DNA of 64,000 nt from Candidatus Hydrogenedentota bacterium (GCA_024278275.1 JAJRTN010000004.1:3149-67148); one strand, 5' to 3'. Shown: positions 49,820 through 59,540, counted from the stretch's first letter. The notes: generated by a model not told the origin, from the letters alone. Translations and numbers: made by a program.

Positions 49820-50535
49820 GTCGCCGGTCGTTCCAGGGCGGCCAGCACCTCGGCCAGCAGACAGTCCATGCGGGCCTCCACGTGCATCAACTCGGAATCC
49901 ACCAGGCAGTCGCCCGGCGCCACGTCTTCATCCACCTCGACGGCCATGTCCACCTCGCCGTCAAAATCCGCCAGCAGGGCAATCTTGTGTTCTTGCAGGG
50001 CTTCCAGGTCCGCCGGATTGATCCGCAGCTTCAAGTGTTGCCGGTCAACGATGCACGCCAACGCCCGGCGAACGGTGGAAAGAATCAGATCGGGATCGGT
50101 GCGCACTTCCCGTTGCAGCACCCGTTCCGCGATCAGGGTGGCCAGCTCGGTCACTTGGGGTTCGAGGGAGGCCAGGAATTCGTGGCGGGCCGATTGCATG
50201 GCCTCCGCGGCCCGGTGAAGGGCGGCGGCGCATTCCGAAACGGAGGCCTCAAAGGCCTCGCGCCCCTTTTCCATGCCCCGCTGGAACCCCGCCTCGAAGG
50301 CTTCTTTCACCTTGGCCTCGGCTTCCGCCCGGGCCTCCTCCAGGATAGCGGCCCGGATGGCCGCGGGATCGACGACCTCTTCTTCCACCTCGACGGTCCC
50401 TTCCTCGGGCAGGTCATAGGTGGAAGGCGGCGTGTCGGGAAACTCCTCAAGCGCGTCACGCCCGAAGTCGAGAACGCGGGGCGGCGCCGTAGAGGCACCC
50501 TTCCAGATTTTCGCCATTCCGTGCTCCGTTCCCAA
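49816..50535 (-). CDS. fliH: Flagellar assembly protein FliH
   Basis: Acidic coiled-coil N-terminus and FliH/AtpE-like C-terminus. Overlaps fliI by 4 nt. Confidence 0.7.
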   Translation of the reverse strand: MGTEHGMAKIWKGASTAPPRVLDFGRDALEEFPDTPPSTYDLPEEGTVEVEEEVVDPAAIRAAILEEARAEAEAKVKEAFEAGFQRGMEKGREAFEASVSECAAALHRAAEAMQSARHEFLASLEPQVTELATLIAERVLQREVRTDPDLILSTVRRALACIVDRQHLKLRINPADLEALQEHKIALLADFDGEVDMAVEVDEDVAPGDCLVDSELMHVEARMDCLLAEVLAALERPAT

Positions 50536-50554
50536 TCCCGCTTATATCGGCGGC

Positions 50555-51595
50555 CTACACCAAAACGTCGTCGTCGCCCCCGCCTCGGCCGGACATAACC
50601 ACTTCGCCGGATTCCTCGAGACGGCGAATGACCGCCACGATTTTCTGTTGCGCCTCTTCCACGTTGCGCATCCGAACCGGTCCCATGAACTCGATCTCTT
50701 CCTTGATCATTTCCCGGGCACGCTCGGACATGTTGCGCAGGATCTTTTCGCTCACTTCCTCGCCCGCGGCCTTGAGCGCCAGGGCCAGGTCCTTGCTCTC
50801 CACCTCGCGCAAGGTTTTCTGGATGCCCGTGTCATCCACGTAAACAATATCGTCGAAGGTGAACATGAGCCGGGAGATTTCATCCGCCAACTCGGGGTCC
50901 CGTTCCTCCAGGTCGGCCATGATCGTCTTTTCAGCGGCGCGGTCAACCAGGTTCAGGATGTCGGCCACCTCGCGCACGCCCCCGGCGAAGGTGAAGCCCT
51001 GGCTGAACACGGCCGCCATCTTGCGTTCGAGAACACGTTCCACTTCGCGCACGATCTCCGGGGCCGTGCGGTCCATGGTGGCGATGCGAATGATCACTTC
51101 GGCCTGCACGGCCTGGGGCAGCGCCGACAATACAATGGCGGAGGTTTGCGGAGGAAGATGGGCCAGGATAAGCGCCACGGTCTGGGGGTGTTCTTCAAGG
51201 ATGAAACTGGAAATCTGTGAAGGGTCCGCTTTCTTGAGAAACTGGAAAGGCACTTCCTGCAAGCTGGACTGAAGGCGGTTCAGGATCTCGAAGGCACGCT
51301 CCGAACCAAAGGAGCGTTCCAGGACCTCTTTCGCGTATTCGATACCGCCCGACGTGACAAAACGCTTCGCCACCGCCATCTGGTAGAACTCGTCCATCAC
51401 CTCGGCCTTGACATCGGCGTCCACGTTTCCGAGACCGGCCAAATCCAGGGTGATCTGCTCCACTTCGTCCTCGCTCATGGCGCCGAGTACATGGCTGGCC
51501 TGTTGCGGGCCAAGGCTCGCCAATAAGATGCTTGCCTTGGTGCGTCCGGGCAGATTCGCCAAGCCCGAAGTGTTTTCTTCCTGCTCAGTCTTCAT
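50555..51595 (-). CDS. fliG: Flagellar motor switch protein FliG
   Basis: ILLASLGPQQASHVLGAMSEDEVEQITLDLAGL and C-terminal torque-helix region. 346 aa. Confidence 0.9.
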   Translation of the reverse strand: MKTEQEENTSGLANLPGRTKASILLASLGPQQASHVLGAMSEDEVEQITLDLAGLGNVDADVKAEVMDEFYQMAVAKRFVTSGGIEYAKEVLERSFGSERAFEILNRLQSSLQEVPFQFLKKADPSQISSFILEEHPQTVALILAHLPPQTSAIVLSALPQAVQAEVIIRIATMDRTAPEIVREVERVLERKMAAVFSQGFTFAGGVREVADILNLVDRAAEKTIMADLEERDPELADEISRLMFTFDDIVYVDDTGIQKTLREVESKDLALALKAAGEEVSEKILRNMSERAREMIKEEIEFMGPVRMRNVEEAQQKIVAVIRRLEESGEVVMSGRGGGDDDVLV

Positions 51596-53144
51596 CTTCG
51601 GTCATCCAGGATCTCAGTAACGCCGCGACCACTTCCGGTTCATTCACGGCCAGGTCCGTAATCTCACTGGACACGTTTTGCCGGCGCATATCCTCGCGGG
51701 TGGCCTCGGGGATTTCGGCCACCTCTTCTTCTTCCTCGGAAATAAGCTCGGGCGAGGCGATGACACGGCGCAGCAGAATGCGCACCATCAGGAACCCCAG
51801 GATAATGAGCAATACCTGCACGCCTGTCCAAATCCAGCTTTGCATGCGGTCCCGCGCCTCCGCGGCCGAGACACCCTCGGTGGCCGCGGCCAGGCGCCAG
51901 CCACCGGCCAGCAGATCCTGATCGCCGATGACCACCTCGGTGGCCTCGCTACCTTCACCCACGATGGCCCGAATCATCTCCTCGAAGCTCTTGCGCTTCT
52001 CCGGGCTGAGACCGGCGTAGATGGGGTTGCCGTCCGCATCCTCGCCTTCATAGTCGCCCTGGATGATGGCGCCCACCTGGAATTTTACCACATTGCCGGG
52101 CTCGGTCACCGTCCGGGTGGTCCGCCTCGAAGGCTCCGAATTGGTAATTTCTTCCTCGTCCTCTTCGGAGGTGCTGGTGCCGCCGGGCGTACCGGCGGCC
52201 TCGGCCACGTTGGCCAGCGCGCCGGGCGATCCCTCGGGGGGCATTTCCTGGATGGTGCTCGACGTGGTGCGCGTGTACCGGCTCACATCGCTCCCATCGT
52301 AGACATTGATGTCTTCCACCTCTTTGCGGTCGTAGTCCACCACGGCGCTCACCTTGAAGATGGCCGGGAGGTTCCGCATGTCGAAGAAATCCTGGAGACG
52401 GCTTTCCCGTTCCCGTTCAAGCATGCTCTTGTAATTGAGCTTCTCGCTGGCGAGCAAGGCGATACCGTCTTCACTTGGATCCCACAAGGTCTTGCCGTCG
52501 GAAGTGCCCACGGTCACGTGATCGCGCGTCAGCTTGGGACCGCCGCTCCGGACCACCGTGCTCACGAGAAGCTTCACTTCCCGCTCCGTGGGGGGACGCG
52601 AAACGGTTAATACGACAGACGCCGTGGCGGGCTCCTGGTCCGCCGTGAAATAGACCCGGCGCGGCTCGTTCAGGATAACCTGCGCGGCCTGGACAAAATC
52701 GTATTCTTCCAACTGGGCCTGCAAGGCGCCCTGCCGGGCACGGGTAAGCTTGATCCCGTTGAGCATTTGATTGCTGCTCATCATGTCGGGCTGATCAAAA
52801 AGCTCCCACGCCGGAGACCGCTTGCGCCCGATGCTGAGGTTTTTCTCCGCGGCCAGCATCTGGGCGTCCTTGAGCTTGCTGGCGGGCACCAGCACCGTGG
52901 CGTAACCGTTTTCCTGGCGGTAGGGGATGTCCGCCGCGTCGAGGGCGTTAATCAGGGCGCCGGCATCGTTGGCGGAGAGCCCCGTGGCGAGGTTCACGTA
53001 GAGCGGCGCATCGCCCGTGAGGGCCACGAAAAGAACGATGGCCACAACCGCCACCCCCGCCAAAACGATGTTGACGCGGGCAGCCAGGGTAAGCTGTTGC
53101 CAGGCTTCGCGGATACCGTTGGCAATCTGGCGGAGAAAATCCAC
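51585..53144 (-). CDS. fliF: Flagellar MS-ring protein FliF
   Basis: N-terminal TM VNIVLAGVAVVAIVLFV, large periplasmic domain, C-terminal TM. 519 aa. Confidence 0.9.
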   Translation of the reverse strand: MDFLRQIANGIREAWQQLTLAARVNIVLAGVAVVAIVLFVALTGDAPLYVNLATGLSANDAGALINALDAADIPYRQENGYATVLVPASKLKDAQMLAAEKNLSIGRKRSPAWELFDQPDMMSSNQMLNGIKLTRARQGALQAQLEEYDFVQAAQVILNEPRRVYFTADQEPATASVVLTVSRPPTEREVKLLVSTVVRSGGPKLTRDHVTVGTSDGKTLWDPSEDGIALLASEKLNYKSMLERERESRLQDFFDMRNLPAIFKVSAVVDYDRKEVEDINVYDGSDVSRYTRTTSSTIQEMPPEGSPGALANVAEAAGTPGGTSTSEEDEEEITNSEPSRRTTRTVTEPGNVVKFQVGAIIQGDYEGEDADGNPIYAGLSPEKRKSFEEMIRAIVGEGSEATEVVIGDQDLLAGGWRLAAATEGVSAAEARDRMQSWIWTGVQVLLIILGFLMVRILLRRVIASPELISEEEEEVAEIPEATREDMRRQNVSSEITDLAVNEPEVVAALLRSWMTEDED

Positions 53145-53353
53145 GGTTCACACCTTTTCGTATACGCACGCCCATGGGTTCACGCCCGGCGCCGCCGGGG
53201 CATCATCACTCGCGCCTGGAAAAGGCTCACGGCCACACTTCGGCCCGCACCAAAGCATGCCCTCACCGCTCCGTACCGTCCGGCGCGAACCCCGCGGGGG
53301 ATCCCAAGTCCGCCCGTGGACACCGAACAACCGATACGAAATTGTGAATTAAA

Positions 53354-53383
53354 TTATAACCTCCGCGCCGGGTCATCCAGCAA
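53354..53383 (-). promoter_or_regulatory. Candidate sigma-70-type promoter upstream of fliF (-35 TTGCTG, 18-nt spacer, -10 TATAAT)
   Basis: On the minus strand: TTGCTGgatgacccggcgcggaggtTATAAT within the AT-rich patch aattgtgaattaaattataacc of the 320-nt fliE-fliF intergenic region. Confidence 0.35.
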
Positions 53384-53467
53384 TTCCACCGGACAACCAG
53401 TCCGAAAAACCTGCCGGGGATGCAGCCTTTTTGACGGAAACGCCTTCCCCGGTCACTTTCGGCCTCG

Positions 53468-53788
53468 CTATATCTGCATCCGCATGATCTCCTCGTAGGC
53501 GGACATGACCTTGCTTCGCACGGTCATCATGGTCTGAAAAGCAACATCCGCTTTCTCGATGGCGACCATCGCCTCGGATACATCCTTGATTTCCCCCGCC
53601 ACCAACTGCTTGATGGTGGTGTCCGCCTCGTTCTGGAGCTGTTGCACTTCGGTCACCGCGTCGGCGAGCACCTCCTTGAAGGAAGCGGTCTCCCCCGTCG
53701 CGCCGGGCAAACGGGCCGGTCGCATCTGCTTGGCGCTCACCTCGATGTTCGAGCGCCCGATAGCCGGTATTTTGAGCGGATCCGCCAT
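53468..53788 (-). CDS. fliE: Flagellar hook-basal body protein FliE
   Basis: FKEVLADAVTEVQQLQNEADTTIKQL...AMVAIEKADVAFQTMMTVRSKVMSAYEEIMRMQI. Confidence 0.85.
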   Translation of the reverse strand: MADPLKIPAIGRSNIEVSAKQMRPARLPGATGETASFKEVLADAVTEVQQLQNEADTTIKQLVAGEIKDVSEAMVAIEKADVAFQTMMTVRSKVMSAYEEIMRMQI

Positions 53789-53805
53789 GGCAGAGACAGT
53801 TTACC

Positions 53806-54228
53806 TTAGTTCTCGATAATGCGCAACGTCTGTTGTTCCATACGCTTGCTGTTGGCGATGACCGCGATGTTCGCTTCATAAGCCCGCTGGGCCGAAATGA
53901 GGTTCACCATCTCCACCGCCACGTCAATGTTGGGATACGACACAAACCCGTCCGCGTTGGCGTCGGGATGGCCGGGCTCGTAGACCGGACGAAGCGGCGA
54001 CATGTCGCTCACAATACGCTTGACCTCCACCCCCGCCTTGCTGCCGGGGCCCGAACGGCCCAGGCGTTCCCCGCGAAGGAGAACCATCTGGCGCCGAAAG
54101 GCGCCCCCACCGCCCTCGGTGCGGGTCGTGCCGACATTGGCCAGGTTGTTGGCGATGATGTTCATGCGGATCCGCTGGGCCTTAAGTCCGCTTACCGCGA
54201 TCTCGTTGGCGGAGATGGCTTCCATCAT
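53806..54228 (-). CDS. flgC: Flagellar basal-body rod protein FlgC
   Basis: MMEAISANEIAVSGLKAQRIRMNIIANNLANVGTTRT and C-terminal AYEANIAVI rod motif. Confidence 0.9.
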   Translation of the reverse strand: MMEAISANEIAVSGLKAQRIRMNIIANNLANVGTTRTEGGGGAFRRQMVLLRGERLGRSGPGSKAGVEVKRIVSDMSPLRPVYEPGHPDANADGFVSYPNIDVAVEMVNLISAQRAYEANIAVIANSKRMEQQTLRIIEN

Positions 54229-54239
54229 GTCAACAATTC

Positions 54240-54638
54240 CTAACGGCTCAGCGCATTCAAAGTGGTCTTCAATACGGCGAAACGCTTGGCCAGTATTCGT
54301 GCGTAAGTCGTGTATTTACCAGTGTTTTCAGCCAGCTTGGCCATCTGATCATCCAAGTCTACTTTATTGTAGTCATTTTTGGACAAAAATGCAATACCTT
54401 CGAATTGTGGGCGATCCGTGCGAAAGTCGAGATGCCGGGGTTGGGTGGTGCGGAGAGCGAACCCACCCCGGCCCTCGATTGCTTCACGCAAAGTCGCCTT
54501 GAAGTCCAGCTCTGTGGGGGTATAGCCGGGGGTATCGACGTTGGCGATGTTGTTGGCGATGTAGCGGTGGTTCAGCGCCGCCGCGCGCATGGCCCCCAGC
54601 AGCACCTGGTCGGTATCTATCCCGGCGAATGCACCCAA
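54240..54638 (-). CDS. flgB: Flagellar basal-body rod protein FlgB (TTG start)
   Basis: AAGGAGA RBS 7 nt upstream of an in-frame TTG. RAAALNHRYIANNIANVDTPGYT rod N-motif. The longer 308-aa tool ORF reads through the promoter region. Confidence 0.8.
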   Translation of the reverse strand: MGAFAGIDTDQVLLGAMRAAALNHRYIANNIANVDTPGYTPTELDFKATLREAIEGRGGFALRTTQPRHLDFRTDRPQFEGIAFLSKNDYNKVDLDDQMAKLAENTGKYTTYARILAKRFAVLKTTLNALSR

Positions 54639-54676
54639 TGAGAGGTCTCCTTCTCGCGTTTCCGTCAACAATGGAA

Positions 54677-54691
54677 AGCAAACGGCGTGCC
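54677..54691 (-). promoter_or_regulatory. Sigma-54 (RpoN) promoter, -24/-12 elements TGGCAC-GCCGT-TTGC
   Basis: Minus-strand sequence tggcacgccgtttgct matches TGGCAC-N5-TTGCW. Located about 35 nt upstream of the flgB TTG start. Confidence 0.6.
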
Positions 54692-54751
54692 ATGTGGGGA
54701 AAAGAAACACACGAACGGACATGGACTCGCACGGGAAGGGGATTCCAGCAC

Positions 54752-54791
54752 GGTCCGTGCCCGTCCGTGTTGGTCCGTGTTCGTCCGTACA
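54752..54791. promoter_or_regulatory. Four tandem 10-bp direct repeats (GTCCGTGNNN) 60-100 bp upstream of the sigma-54 promoter; candidate enhancer/bEBP-binding array
   Basis: gtccgtgccc|gtccgtgttg|gtccgtgttc|gtccgtacag with an exact 10-bp period (one helical turn). Confidence 0.45.
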
Positions 54792-54850
54792 GCCTACCGA
54801 GTGGGAAAGGCTTGCCCACCCGGCGGACCATCCTTGCCGGTAGGGCCGGG

Positions 54851-57800
54851 TCAGAAACGGGCGGACACCGTGATCTCTCCGCCCGAGGGGGCCAGGCGAA
54901 TGGTATCGCGGCCGGCGTCGATGCCCAGGAGCCTGGCGCCTTTCACGTCGGCGCTCTGGATGGTCCGGCCTTCGGGATGGCGCAGGCGCACCACGATTTC
55001 CGCCGGGGGCGTCCGACGGGGCGGGCTGATGGCAGCCTCGATCACGCCTTGCGCCATGCGGGAGGTGAGGGTATAGCTCACCTTGCCAAAGAACGTCGGC
55101 ATATCCCGTACATCGACAGCCTGGCCGTCGGCCATCCAGGCGGAGGGCACGAAAGGCGCCAGCCACAGCGCATCCTTCCGCTCCATGACGAACATGAGGC
55201 GGGACTGGTAAAGGAAGTAACCGGTCTCGTGGGTCTTGTTGAACGCGCCGTTCATGAAGTGTTCCCAGAGGGAGAGGTCTTCACGATTAAGCAGGGAGAC
55301 CACCGCGTTGAAATAGTTGCGGATAAAGGGCTTCACATCATCGCGTTGCGCGCAGACTTCCGCGTTGCGGGCGTAATAGGGCTGCACCTTGGCGAAGCCG
55401 CCCCGGTTGAACCAGTCGGCCTGGTTGCCCTCTTCGGGGTAGTAGAACCAGCCGGACTTCAGGAACTGGACATCCTCCATGTGGTTCAGCATCCACCCCA
55501 CGCCCGGGTCCCGGGGCTCCAGCACGCCCATGGGCACAAGGTGATGGGCGCCCAGTTCCACGTCATAGCACCAACTCCGGCCCGCGTCGTCGCCCCAGTA
55601 CATATCGGCGATGGGCATGGGGCAGTAAAGCTGGGTGGGATAGGCGGGCACCCAGGTGCCGTCCCGCAGGGGCAGCACCGGGGCCTGGCCCTGGACATGG
55701 GTGAACGCTCGCCGGATGTCCTGCCGGAATTGGGCGGCCTGGTCGAGCATGGCGGGAGCACCCTCCCAGCCCACGTCGGCCAGGGCCTTGCCCGCCCATT
55801 CCAGGCCGGCGTAATAATTGCCGTTAAGATAGAAGTAATGGCTGTACACCCCCCAATCGGCCAGCACGCCCGGCGGCATGAGACCATACTCCGGGTAGGG
55901 TTGGCCGAAAGCGTCCTGTTGTTGCGTCTTTTCGCGCTGGGCAAGAATCCACCGGCAAAGGCGGCTTACCTCGGGCGCGACTCCGCGCATCCAGTCGGCA
56001 TTCTTGTTGAGGGCGTAATACTCGCCCAAGGCCCACAGGTGCCAGCCGGTGCCGATGAGGGTGTAACCGGTGGTGAGGTAGCCCTCGTCGTTGTAGCGGT
56101 TGATGAAGAACTCCAGGCCACGCCGGGCAAAGTCCTCGTGGCCCATGAAGGCCATGCCCCGGACCAGGGAGTGGGCCTCGCTTTCCAGGGGGCCGTAGTG
56201 GGTGGAGGCAATCCAGGGCGCGATGCGCTTCCCTTCCTCGTTGCGGGCCGCCAGCATGCAATGGACGCGGGAGGCCCGGACCAGGTTGTTCAACATGGGG
56301 TCGGGCGTGGTGATCTGGGCGGTGCCGTTCATGACCTGAAGCCAGTGGGCGCGGGTGGCTTCGGCCAATGCTTCCGTGCCTGTCGCGGCGGGCAGGGCTT
56401 CGGGCGGGACCGTCCAGCCGGGGATAAGAAGTACGCAACGGGCGCTTTCTCCCGTATTCAGAGCGCCCGAAACCGTGATGGTGCTTCCTTCCACCTGGAT
56501 GTCGAGGGGGCCGGCTTCCGTGGTGTCGAGCAGGGCGCAGGGACCGTCCGACGCGGCGAAAACGACCCCGCGCGCGTCCCGGCGCAGGGACGCGCCGGCT
56601 TCCGCGGTGAACGTGAACGTGAGCGCCACGGGCCGGGCGGTATCGGCCGTGTTCGCAAAGGTGTACTCCGCGACACAGAGGGGCTGGTCGTCATACCACG
56701 ACGCCATCCCCTCGCCCGGGCCGTTCCCCGTGGGCGCGACGAAGGTGCGCTGCCGGACTTCGACCCCGTCCTGGCGATGGGTGATGACGGGGATGGGCAT
56801 CCAGCCATCTTCGAGGCGGCGTTCGATGGATTCGTTGGCCTGGCCTTCCCAACCCACCGTAATGTTGCGCTTCTGTCCGGCGTACTGGCCGGGGGCGTCG
56901 AAGCCGATGGACCCGTTCCGCTGTAGAAGGAACTTCTCGTCGCCATGGGCCAGGGAGAGCAGCGTGGGACCGTAATCCGCCTCGGGACGGTGGACGTGTT
57001 CAAGGGCTTGGGCGAAGGTCTGATCGGGCAGGGCCCGAACCTCCTCCAGGATGGTTTTGCCCCGGGCCGTTTCCGCCACGTGGGCCATGGCGGCGTCTTC
57101 CTCCCCGGCGGGAAAAGCCACGATGCCGGCGCTTTCCACATAGACACAACCGCTTTCCATGATGTCATCGACGGCGATGCCGAAGTCCCGGCCCGGCAGG
57201 TCGAGGCGAAGGACGGTCTTCTCCGCGCGGGACCAGGGGCGGTCCACCACCTTGCGCACGCGAAGACGCAACGGCTTCTCCAGGGACCATGCCCGGGAAC
57301 CGGTGGATGTGTCGTCGCCAGGGAAATGCCCGTTATAGATCCGCACCATGGCCGATTCCCCCGTTCCGCCCTTCAGGGCACGCAGGGTGACGTCCACATC
57401 CTCCCAGGTGGCGTCCGAGTAGGCCGAGAGCCGCCTGATACGGTGTTCCTTCAATTCCCGTGGAATCAGCCAACGTATCTTCATGGTGGCGGGCCGCTGC
57501 CAACCGTTCAATACCGGCGGAAAATCAACGGACCATCCGTTTTCCTCCCGCACGATGGGGGCATCGAGATGTTCCCAGTGCCCCTGCCAGCGGGAGACGC
57601 CGGGTGTGCCGCCATGGGGGTCGGGCGTCATGGCCCAATACTCCATGGCCGCACCCGCGGAGGACGGCGCGGGACCGTCGAAAACCAGTTCGGCACGCCG
57701 GATACGGCGCTGTTCGAGCCATTCCACGCCGATACACCCCATCCCGATATCCGCGTGGGGGTGTTCGACCATGGGAATGGCACAGGTGCCATCCACGGGT

Positions 57801-58486
57801 TTCACGTCCGTGCCGGGAAAGAGGTCACGGGCGGGAAACGCTTCGGTGCGGCGGGCGTGGGTGCCATCCTTGATGTAGGGGTTCCACGTAAGAATCCGCC
57901 CGAAGGGGGCCATGTCCACGGCCGGGATCGGCGGCTTTTTGCCCCGACTGGACGCCGGCGAAGGCGTAAGCCGCAGGCTGACCCAGTCGGCGCAATCGCA
58001 GATCAACCCGTCACCGCCGTCCCCGTTCTCAAGCCGCAGGTAGTTCACGCCCTCCACGGAAACCCGGATCGTCTTCGCCCCGTCGGACTGGCGCAACACG
58101 CCGCTGTCAAACAGCAGCGCATCGTCGCCATAGACACGAAACACCACGGAACCCTGGTCCTGCGGCTGTTTCTGCACCCCCACTTCCGCCTCAAAGAGCG
58201 CATAGCGCCCTTCCAGGGCCAGCCAGGTTTCTCCCGGCGCGTGCATGCCCAGTCCCTGGGCGTAGTTTCGATCACCGATTTGGAGGGGCAGGGGTTCGGC
58301 ACTTCCCCCATGGGCGCATGTGTCCAGGCCAAGCCGGCCCCACCCCTGGGTGTGGTAGACCATGAGGGGTAACACATCGCGGGCGGAGAGAACGGGGGCA
58401 TCCATGGCATCGGTCCTTTCGTGAAAGAGCGTACTGAGGGCAAGCGCCAGGCACGCCAATCCAACGTTGCGCAGGGGAATGAGCAT
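54851..58486 (-). CDS. Secreted large glycoside-hydrolase-like protein with an N-terminal NPCBM carbohydrate-binding module and an (alpha/alpha)6-type catalytic region
   Basis: Signal peptide MLIPLRNVGLACLALALSTLF. NPCBM-like segment GLGMHAPGETWLALEGRYALFEAEVGVQ...GSVVFRVYGDDALLFDSGVLRQSDGAKTIRVSVEGVNYLRLENGDGGDG. 1211 aa. Confidence 0.6.
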   Translation of the reverse strand: MLIPLRNVGLACLALALSTLFHERTDAMDAPVLSARDVLPLMVYHTQGWGRLGLDTCAHGGSAEPLPLQIGDRNYAQGLGMHAPGETWLALEGRYALFEAEVGVQKQPQDQGSVVFRVYGDDALLFDSGVLRQSDGAKTIRVSVEGVNYLRLENGDGGDGLICDCADWVSLRLTPSPASSRGKKPPIPAVDMAPFGRILTWNPYIKDGTHARRTEAFPARDLFPGTDVKPVDGTCAIPMVEHPHADIGMGCIGVEWLEQRRIRRAELVFDGPAPSSAGAAMEYWAMTPDPHGGTPGVSRWQGHWEHLDAPIVREENGWSVDFPPVLNGWQRPATMKIRWLIPRELKEHRIRRLSAYSDATWEDVDVTLRALKGGTGESAMVRIYNGHFPGDDTSTGSRAWSLEKPLRLRVRKVVDRPWSRAEKTVLRLDLPGRDFGIAVDDIMESGCVYVESAGIVAFPAGEEDAAMAHVAETARGKTILEEVRALPDQTFAQALEHVHRPEADYGPTLLSLAHGDEKFLLQRNGSIGFDAPGQYAGQKRNITVGWEGQANESIERRLEDGWMPIPVITHRQDGVEVRQRTFVAPTGNGPGEGMASWYDDQPLCVAEYTFANTADTARPVALTFTFTAEAGASLRRDARGVVFAASDGPCALLDTTEAGPLDIQVEGSTITVSGALNTGESARCVLLIPGWTVPPEALPAATGTEALAEATRAHWLQVMNGTAQITTPDPMLNNLVRASRVHCMLAARNEEGKRIAPWIASTHYGPLESEAHSLVRGMAFMGHEDFARRGLEFFINRYNDEGYLTTGYTLIGTGWHLWALGEYYALNKNADWMRGVAPEVSRLCRWILAQREKTQQQDAFGQPYPEYGLMPPGVLADWGVYSHYFYLNGNYYAGLEWAGKALADVGWEGAPAMLDQAAQFRQDIRRAFTHVQGQAPVLPLRDGTWVPAYPTQLYCPMPIADMYWGDDAGRSWCYDVELGAHHLVPMGVLEPRDPGVGWMLNHMEDVQFLKSGWFYYPEEGNQADWFNRGGFAKVQPYYARNAEVCAQRDDVKPFIRNYFNAVVSLLNREDLSLWEHFMNGAFNKTHETGYFLYQSRLMFVMERKDALWLAPFVPSAWMADGQAVDVRDMPTFFGKVSYTLTSRMAQGVIEAAISPPRRTPPAEIVVRLRHPEGRTIQSADVKGARLLGIDAGRDTIRLAPSGGEITVSARF

Positions 58487-58676
58487 CGGTCTATCCTTTC
58501 ACAACGCGCACATCCGCATGGACATTCACGCGCATGGTCAATCGGCCTTCATGCTTATTTTGCAGACTGTTACTCAATGAATCCATGCACCATACGGTCG
58601 CTTTCATGTATGATCCTGCCGTATTGATCCGATTCCTGCGACCTTCTTGGGTCCCGTCAAATGAGGAGAAAGAACC

Positions 58677-59516
58677 ATGCAGATGGGCGGAGTCTGGGAA
58701 GACACGGCGGACACGGGGTGGGTGCTTCACGCCTGTCATTACATGCGCGTCACCGGCGCCACGGGCGAAGGCCGGTTCCGCAACGACCGATGGGTCCTGG
58801 ACTACACCTTCGAACCGGGAGGCCGGTATCGCGTGGGCCACGCGGGCAACCCGTGGCGGGTTCGGGAGGCGCGCACGGGCCACCTCTATGCGCCGGGCAC
58901 GGTCTATTGGGAAGATTTCCAGGAGACGACCCACCGCCACAGCGGCTTTTTTCTCTTCACCGGACCGGAAACGCACATACTGCAATCGTGGACGGACGGC
59001 GCGGGGTACGCGCAATTCACCGACCCCTTGGGGTTCCTGGGCGATTGTATCCGGGAAGGCGCGCAGGCGGGACGGCATGAGGGAAGCAAAGGACGCCTCC
59101 TGGCGCAAGCGCACCTCTACCGCGCCCTGGCCCTGCTCCACGGCGCGCTCCACGAGACAGGCTCACGCTACAGAATCGCCGGGGAGGCCGCGCCCCATGA
59201 AATGCCCTTCGTGGATGCCGTGGACGGTTTCCTGCGCCGGCACCTGGGTGAACGCCTCGGCCTGGCGGACGTGGCGCGGGCCGTCCATGTTTCCCCCTCG
59301 ACCTTGTCGCACCGCTACCGCCGTGAAACGGGACAGACCCCCATGCAACGACTGCGTCAACTTCGTTTGGACCTCGCCAAGGCCCTGTTGCACAAGGGCT
59401 ACGCCTTGGAGCATATTGCCGAGGTTACGGGCCACTGCGATGCCTTTCACCTGTCCCGCGTGTTCAAGCAGGCGGAAGGCGTGGCGCCACGGTACTATCT
59501 GGAAAGCAAGGGATAA
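58677..59516 (+). CDS. AraC-family transcriptional regulator
   Basis: C-terminal dual HTH LADVARAVHVSPSTLSHRYRRETGQTPMQRLRQLRLDLAKALL...IAEVTGHCDAFHLSRVFK. Divergent from the NPCBM GH gene. Confidence 0.8.
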   Translation: MQMGGVWEDTADTGWVLHACHYMRVTGATGEGRFRNDRWVLDYTFEPGGRYRVGHAGNPWRVREARTGHLYAPGTVYWEDFQETTHRHSGFFLFTGPETHILQSWTDGAGYAQFTDPLGFLGDCIREGAQAGRHEGSKGRLLAQAHLYRALALLHGALHETGSRYRIAGEAAPHEMPFVDAVDGFLRRHLGERLGLADVARAVHVSPSTLSHRYRRETGQTPMQRLRQLRLDLAKALLHKGYALEHIAEVTGHCDAFHLSRVFKQAEGVAPRYYLESKG

Positions 59517-59540
59517 AACGTCTCGATAAGGAAACGTATC

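Noticed and set aside
54240-55166. 308-aa tool ORF for flgB extending upstream through the promoter region.
   Set aside because: The N-terminal 175 aa have no FlgB similarity and overlap the sigma-54 promoter/repeat array and the 3' end of the GH gene. An in-frame TTG with a good RBS gives the canonical 132-aa FlgB.
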